Assembly: GCA_025594325.1 (NCBI GenBank)
Contig: JANHCV010000005.1
Span: forward strand, 1,550,001-1,614,000
Source of the DNA: Blastocladiella emersonii ATCC 22665
Taxonomy: Eukaryota; Fungi; Blastocladiomycota
DNA: 64,000 bases
Reading direction: 5' to 3'
Shown here: one piece after another, positions 57,294-64,000 of the stretch
Layout of the letters: the number at the start of each line of letters is the position of its first letter
How positions within the stretch are numbered: the stretch's first letter is position 1
Translations under genes and position numbers: made by a program
Notes under the pieces: model-generated
Told to the model about the DNA's origin: nothing
The model's database searches: none
Seen by the model: only the letters and a program-made list of their open reading frames with translations

Positions 57294-58180
57294 TCAAACG
57301 GGCGACGCAATCGTGGTGATCTTGGGGCGCGCCGCGTACGCTTGCTCCGCCCGCTCGCGCGCGTCGAGCATCTTGCCGTAGACGACGGCGCAGTACCCGG
57401 CGTAGATCTATTGCACGCACGGAGGGTTAGATCGCGTTCATCGCACAGGGAACGTGAAAGTGCCATACGTTGATGAGCGCGATGAAAAGCGTGATCAGCA
57501 CGAACCCAGGGACATGGTACGAGAGGGGCGAGACCTGCTCGAAGATGACAGCGGCGGCGAAGTACAGGATGATGTGGATGAAGAGCCAGCCCTGGAACAC
57601 GCGGAAGAGCGACCGGCGCTCGAACGCAAAGACGCCGAAGCCGAACAGGCAGAACAGCATGCCGAACGAGTACCACACGAGCTGGCCGATTAGCCACGGG
57701 CGCTGCTTCTCCTCGAGCGTCATGAGGATTTCGCGCTCCTCGGGACTCGCTACAGACGGGCATAAAGTCGTCAGCCTCGGCGTTTGCGGTCGCACGAAAG
57801 CGGGCGAACGTACTCCGCGGGTCGGCCAGCGCAATATCCATCGCGTCGGTGATCTTGCCGCCGAGGTATAGCGCAATGTGGATGCCCTCGTAGAGCAGCG
57901 CGGCCATGGTGAAGACGAGGTAGAGGATGAGCCCCGTGCGCATGGACAGGCCGCCGAGGCACCGGCGGCGGTCCTTGAGCGCGTCGTCGATGCTCATTTC
58001 CTTTTGAAGCTGCTGGCGCGACTCGAACCAGCCGCCCGAGTTGGTGGCCGTGGGCGAGTGCGGCGCCTTGTCCTTGGGGAACGGCGGCTCGTGCACCTGG
58101 AACGCCTGCAGCTTGCGCGTCGGCGACGACGACGAGTCGGTGGTCGTCGCGGGCGCGGGGGCGACGGGAGTCGGCGCCAT
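57294..58180 (-). CDS. Hypothetical ~4-TM membrane protein, 3 exons
   Basis: RRCLGGLSMRTGLILYLVF.. followed by three further hydrophobic segments after splicing two GT-AG introns. Confidence 0.65.
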
Positions 58181-58721
58181 GGCTGAAGGTTGGAGGGTGT
58201 TGGTGACGACGACGAGGACGAATGCGAGATAGGACGACGATGCGAGCCAGATCCAGCAGGCTGCAGAGCGAGACGACGACGGTTGATGCGAGAGGGGATG
58301 AAGAGATACAACACTCGGCCAGCGAGTGTGTACGAGTGAAGCGTGTGGGGGAGGGGGAGAGAGGAATCGGAAGGGACGAGCGTTGATGTTTTTGAACACC
58401 TGCGACGAGGTCGGCGAGCGCCACTGAGGCGCGTCGTGGGTGGCTCGCCAATATGCGCAGGCGTAAGCCACGAACTCATGGACTCGGCAGCGGTGTGGCT
58501 CAGCCGCTTGGCACTCGCTCCTATCCGGATATGCGCGATATTGCCGGATGCGAGCCGAGACGATGGCAAGTACTCGGAATATTTGAATGCGATGCCAGAC
58601 GTGATCGGAACGCGCGGGTCGCGTGGAGCGACTTACGGGTCAAGCGAGTCGACGAGTGACGTGACGCCGGCTGGGAGATCGGCGCTCGCTGCACCCCGAT
58701 TGACATCTCATGAATCACGCC

Positions 58722-59497
58722 ATGACGACGCCTCACACTCCCAGCAATGTGATGCAGTTTCTGCACATTGTGAATAACCTCAAGGTCCGGGCCTGGGCCG
58801 CGGGTTCTTCCCTCATGGGCGCGGCACGCGCCGTGCGCGTGTCAGCGGACGCTGATCTCACTGCTGCGGCCGGTCGGCCCGGTCACCGTATAGACGACGA
58901 AGCGGACCGGCTGGGTGCGCCACGGCGTCCCGGCGCCCGAGAGCATTGCGGACCACATGCACCGGATGGGCGTCATGGCGATGCTGATCCAGGACCCGGC
59001 GCTCAAGCGCGACCACTGCATCAAGATGGCCATCGTGCACGACATTGCCGAGTCGCTGGCAGTACGGGGTGCTCCGCGCGGTGTGTGTCTGATCCCACCG
59101 CGAAGACTGACCGCCGCACGCTCGACGCGTGTAGGGCGACATCACGCCCAACTGCGGCGTCTCCAAGGAAGAAAAGTTCCGCCTGGAGAAGGAGGGCCTC
59201 GACCAGCTGTGCGCGCTGCTGGCGCCCGCGTCGATCGCCGAGACGGAGATCCGGTCGCTGTGGCTCGAGTACGAGGAGGGCACGACGCCCGAGGCGCGGC
59301 TGGTCAAGGACCTCGACAAGTTCGAGATGATCGTGCAGGCGTTCGAGTACGAGAAGCAGCACCCCGCGGTCGCACCGCTCGCCGACTTTTTCCGCAGCAC
59401 CATGGGGTACTTTGCGCACCCCGAGGTCAAGGCGTGGGCCGAGCAGCTTTACAAGGACCGCAAGGCGCTGCTCGGGTTTGACGTGTATAACCCGTAG
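58722..59497 (+). CDS. HDDC2: HD-domain 5'-deoxynucleotidase (HDDC2/Ygk1-like), 3 exons
   Basis: LK|TTKRTGW, ESIADHMHRM, VHDIAES.AGDITP, EARLVKDLDKFEM. Confidence 0.92.
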
Positions 59498-59862
59498 AGG
59501 GGGAGGAGAAATGTAGCAACCTTCCGTCCTCAACCACGCGTGGCTGCACCTACGTGTCTCGCACTGTCTCGCACCGCCGCGACGCGTGCGACGCGTCTCG
59601 CACCCGTTCCGCTCCGACCACCTCCACTCCTTGTATGAGACACGCTGTACGGTACGGGGCTGCCTCGGATTCAGGGAACACCACGCCCGCCTGCCCGCGC
59701 CCGCGTTTGTGGCCCAAAAGCGGCAAATGAGCCACGCGTCGTCGCGCGCGTCGTCGACTTCCGGCCCACTACACTAGACACGACACATGCACCTCGAATC
59801 GCGCATAGACTAGCTGCAGCGTCCACTCCGACGCGATCCCACTCCAGAAACCCACACATACC

Positions 59863-61837
59863 ATGTCCACGTCGACCTCCGCCGTCGAGCCGCGGCCGAC
59901 GTTCAGCGTCGAGCTGTCGTCCAAGTCGAGCAGCTCGAGCTACATCAGCGGGTCGCGGTCCACGACGGGCCCGAACCGCAGCGAGTCGTCGTTCCTGTCG
60001 AGCGGCGGCGGCGGCGGCGGCGGCACCCCGCACAGCTCGGTGTCTGCGTCCAACGTGCACCTCTCGCTGCTCGAGACGGACCCGCTGCAGACCAAGCGCA
60101 CGAGCCTGGCGCCGTCCGACACGGGCACGCCGACGACGAGTCTGACGCGGATCCGACGCTCGTTCACGTCGCTACGGCGGTCCTTCTCGTCCGTCGACGA
60201 GCGCGGACCGTCGATCCCGTTCCCCGAGCTGCTCAAGTCCGTGCACCAGGTACATCGCATCGTTCGTCGCATCATCGGTGCGACGCTAACGCGTCTTTCG
60301 GCGGGAATAGGACACGACGTGGAACATGGTCGCCTTCGACACCTTCCTCGAGCAGGTGAACCCGGTACGGTGCCTGCAGACCGAGACGCCCGCCAAGTCC
60401 AAGTTCCACGCCATCACGTCGCTGTTCCGCGACGACGTGGCGTACCACTACAGCTCGCCGAGCACCGGCGACTCGAGCGGCGCGCCGCCTGGATCGCCCG
60501 GCGGCGGTGCACCGCCGTCACCCGCGCCCAGCAAAAAGGAGACGTACGCGAGCATCATGCAGGCGAGCATGTCGAGCTCGGGCGCACTGCCGTCGGTCCC
60601 GCTGCCCATCGACGGCGTGCTCGCCAAGGCCGGGCTCGCGTCGCTCCGCAACGTCAGCGGAAGCTCCATGGACGTGAACCACTCGGCCGCCATGACGCCC
60701 GCGGTCTCCGGGTTCGTCTACGGCACGGGCACGAGCGCCGGCGCCGAGAATGCCGGGTCGGGCTCACCGAAAGCCGGGCCGGGTTCCCCGTCGCCGGGCG
60801 CGTCGAGTCCACGGCCCGGCACCGGCACCGGCGGCGCGCGGTCGCCGACCCCCAGCTCGCCAAGCACCGCAACGCGCGCCGTTGCAGCGGCAGCCGTCTC
60901 GCGGACCAACTCGACGTTGCAGGCGACCTCCCCGGTCCCGCCGACCCTCCGCCTCCTCGTGCACGCCAACAACACGTCGGGCTCGTGCATCCGGTGCAGC
61001 GAGTGCGGGATGATCATGACGGGTACGCCGATGCTGCAGTTCATCCAGCTGGCGATCACGGCGCACGAGGCGAATGCGCTCGAGCAGTCGCTGCACTTTT
61101 TACGGCACGCGCAGGAGGCGGACGCGGCGCACCCGTTCCCCGTGTTCCTCGAGTCCATGTACCTGCGGCACGGGTGGGGGTGCAAGCCCGACCACGCCAT
61201 GGCGTACCAGACGCTGCACCGCGCGCTCATGCTCGCCGTCGACGCGTTCAAGGCGCACCTGCGCGCGCTCGGGAACGGCGGCGGCGGGACCGGGACCGAG
61301 GGGCTCGCCGCGCCGGGTACGGCTCCCGTGGTGGTACCGGAGACGCTGACGCGGCAGCAGCCCGCGAAACCGCCGGCCGAGGCGTCCAAGTACCGCGGTG
61401 CGTCGGCGACGCCGCTCCCCGTGCCGCCGTTCCAGACGAGCTCGCTGCGGTCGGGCGTGGCGCTGGTCCTGTACGAGCTGTCGTCGTCGCACCGGTTCGC
61501 GTGGGGCGTGCGCAAGAACCGCGACCTCGCGCACCAGCTCATGGAGGTGGCGGCCAACATGGGCGACCGCGACGCGTGCGTCGACGTCGGCATGCGCGCT
61601 ATCAAAGACGGGAACAAGCGGCTCGCGGCGCAGTATCTCCGGTGGGCGAGCTTTGGTACGTCGCGCGTGTTTGAAGGGTGGGTGACGGCGGGGATGGCTG
61701 ACTCGCGCGCGGCCGTGTAGCGGGATGGCAAGATTTTGGCATGGGTTGGATATTCAAGGTACGCTCTATGCCGCACTGCTGCTCGAGTCGGCGGAGACTG
61801 ACCGTGCTCTCTCGGCGTGTAGGAAAAATACGACTGA
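59863..61837 (+). CDS. DSF2: Sel1-repeat protein, Dsf2/Nif1-like, 4 exons
   Basis: YLRHGWGC, LYELS..AWGVRKN, AANMGDRDA; spliced C-terminus GMGWIFKEKYD*. Confidence 0.7.
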
Positions 61838-61960
61838 CTGATTGTTTGCCTGATCTCGCTCTTTCGCTTCCACTGAGTCAGAGTCCGCTTGCTCACAGTG
61901 ATCAAGACCTCGAGCCGGTGCCCAGTGCGTCTCTTCTCCCTCTCCACTCACCTTGCGACC

Positions 61961-63739
61961 ATGAATCACCTCCACGAACCAGCGGGCGCGGACCCCGCGA
62001 CCGACCGTACTCCCGCCGTCGTCCTGACGCCACCGGACCCGGACGACTGCAAGTACCCGCTCCCGTTCCACGCGTACGACCCGCACGGCGAGGACGCGCG
62101 CGCGTCGTACCCGGCTTTGACGCTCGTGGAGCAAGAGCTGGCCGCGTACCTGTGCACGGTGCGCGACAAGCTCGACTGGGCGGCCAAGTGGCGGTGCGAC
62201 CCGGCGACGCGCGCGGCGTGGCTGCGCGAGCTGCAGGAGGTCGGCGGCGCGACGCCCACACAGGTCGCGTACATCGCGCAGGAGCTCGATTTCCAGGCAT
62301 CCGAGGACCCGTGGGCCGCGGGGCCTGATAACGTGTTCGCGCTCGACGGCGAGGTCCCCGACGTTGTGCACTACCGCCTGCTCGCAGCGGTTCGCCGGCT
62401 CGAGGTCGCGTCCGCCGCGCGCCCTGACTGGCACCCGGGTACGCGCGGGACGGTGCGCAACCTCGTGCACCCGTCCAACTACCCGCTCGTGTACGGCGCG
62501 ACGCGGGTGCGGTACGCGGCGGCGGACCGCGCGCGGAGTGTTGCCGAGTCGGTGCGGTACTACGGGAACGCGGCCGAGGAGGAGGCGCGGGCGCCGCCGC
62601 CGCCGCCGCGCGAGCGGGCGAACCGGATTGGAACGCCGCCCGACTTCCAGTCGCAGCGGTACCAGTGGCTGCCGAGCGAGGTGCGCGTCAGCGCCGACGG
62701 CGAGGAGGTGAGTGTCCGGTCGTACATCAACGGGCTCCACCCGGAGCGGCACGCGGACGTGTATGAGGTGGTCGAGGGGGTGGTCAAGGTGATGCGGCCG
62801 CTGTTCGAGGCCACGCTCGCGCGGCTCGCGAGCCCGGTTCGGCCGCGGATCGAGTGGAGTGCGTTTGCAACTTTCAAGTAGCGGCGACGGGAACTGACGT
62901 CCGCAAGAGTAGACCGGTGGCAAATGTACCCGCAGCGCAACTGGGGCGACCCGGCGGTCCCGATCCAGGCCGAGGCGCCGCCGGTGCAGCCCGACATCCC
63001 GGCGCGCGTGAGGCTGCAGTCGAGCGCAAAGCGTAGCGCCGAGCTCATGCCGGTCCTCACGGGGCGCAACATGCAGGTGATCGTCAAGCTGGCGACCCTC
63101 TGCCTCACCCCCGAGACGCCGCGGTCGGCGGGCGGCAGCTGGCACGTCGAGGGGATGCTCAACGAGCGGATTGTGGCAACGGGCCTGTACTACTACGAGA
63201 GCGACAACGTGACGCCCGCCTCGCTCTCGTTCCAGTCAGCGGTACGCGCGCCGCCCTTGGTGCCCGACGACCACCGCGGCGCCGCCGCCGTGTTCGGCCT
63301 GCGCCCGCGCGAGCCCGCGGCCGTGCACCGCGGTACGGTCACGACGCACGCGGGCCGCGTCGTGTGCTTCCCGAACACATACGTGCACCAGCTCGGGCCC
63401 GTCGAGCTCGTCGACGCGACACGGCCCGGGTTCCGCAAGGTGCTCGCCGTGTTCCTCGTCGACCCGCAGCACCCGGTCGTGTCGACGGCCATGGTCAGCC
63501 CGCAACCGGCGGGGTGGCTCGCGGACACTGTCGTCGCGGGGATGGCGGCCGACGACGACAAGGAGCCGGTGGTCCCGGCCGAGGTGGTGCGCATGATCGC
63601 GGACCGCGTGCCCGGCAGGATGACCGAGACGGAGGCACGGGCGCACCGCGACGCGCTCATGGCGGAGCGGACGCGCAGCGTGCCGGTCGGCAGGCGCGTG
63701 AGCGCGGTGCTACCCTCGTTCAATCTCTGCGAGCATTAG
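61961..63739 (+). CDS. DUF4246-family protein (putative 2OG-Fe(II)-oxygenase-like fold), 2 exons
   Basis: DWHPGT..VRNLVHPS.YPLVYG, QWLPSEV, SYINGLHP, QVIVKLA, GGSWHVEGMLNERIVAT.LYYY, FPN.YVH, RK.LA.FLVDP. Confidence 0.82.
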
Positions 63740-64000
63740 AGACATTTCCCTCACTGTGAAAACTGATCCACAGAGAGACAAAACGCGAGAAAAGAAAAAC
63801 GCGAGGTGGACAGTCCGTCACGCGTCCGTCAGGTGACGCGTCTCCGTGGAGAACGCGCCGCCACCACTCACCCCCGAGCCGTTCTGCTGCGCCGCCCCGT
63901 CGTCCGCCCCGCTCGGACCCCCGTAACTCGCTGCATCGGCTCCCTCGCGCGCGCCGACTCGCTGCAACTCGTCCAGCTGTAGGTACACGTCCCGGATCCG

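Noticed and set aside
135-63759. Most antisense and alternate-frame ORFs in the track
   Set aside because: They overlap well-supported genes and reflect low stop-codon frequency in high-GC DNA.

Overview
GC-rich, intron-containing eukaryotic DNA (short GT[A/C/G]CG..CTRAY..YAG introns). It looks like an early-diverging zoosporic fungus, perhaps Allomyces/Blastocladiomycota; the taxon is inference. The headline signal is a decayed Fanzor (eukaryotic TnpB-type, RNA-guided OMEGA nuclease) on the minus strand at ~38.1-39.3 kb. It keeps all three RuvC acidic residues (IDAG / VDESFSSK / RDRNAAVNI) and is followed by a ~225-nt structured tail that is a candidate omegaRNA/right end. It is fused at its 5' side to a truncated DUF4470 gene and lies tail-to-tail with a catalytically intact Argonaute gene. 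Other notable content: a tandem array of seven Git3/cAMP-receptor-like 7TM genes (two disrupted), an MLKL-like helical domain-pseudokinase-Sel1 protein, a mitochondrial LEA-like protein, tRNA-Thr(CGT) beside a lower-GC block, and birth-and-death families (DUF4470 x3, F-box-like x3-4). Housekeeping genes include a USP12/46-like deubiquitinase, a Pcl-type cyclin, a CaMK-like kinase, an SDR epimerase, a METTL21-like methyltransferase, an APC permease, an F-box/LRR protein, HDDC2, DSF2-like and DUF4246. All calls come from reading the sequence by eye; no searches were run, and exon boundaries are manual.
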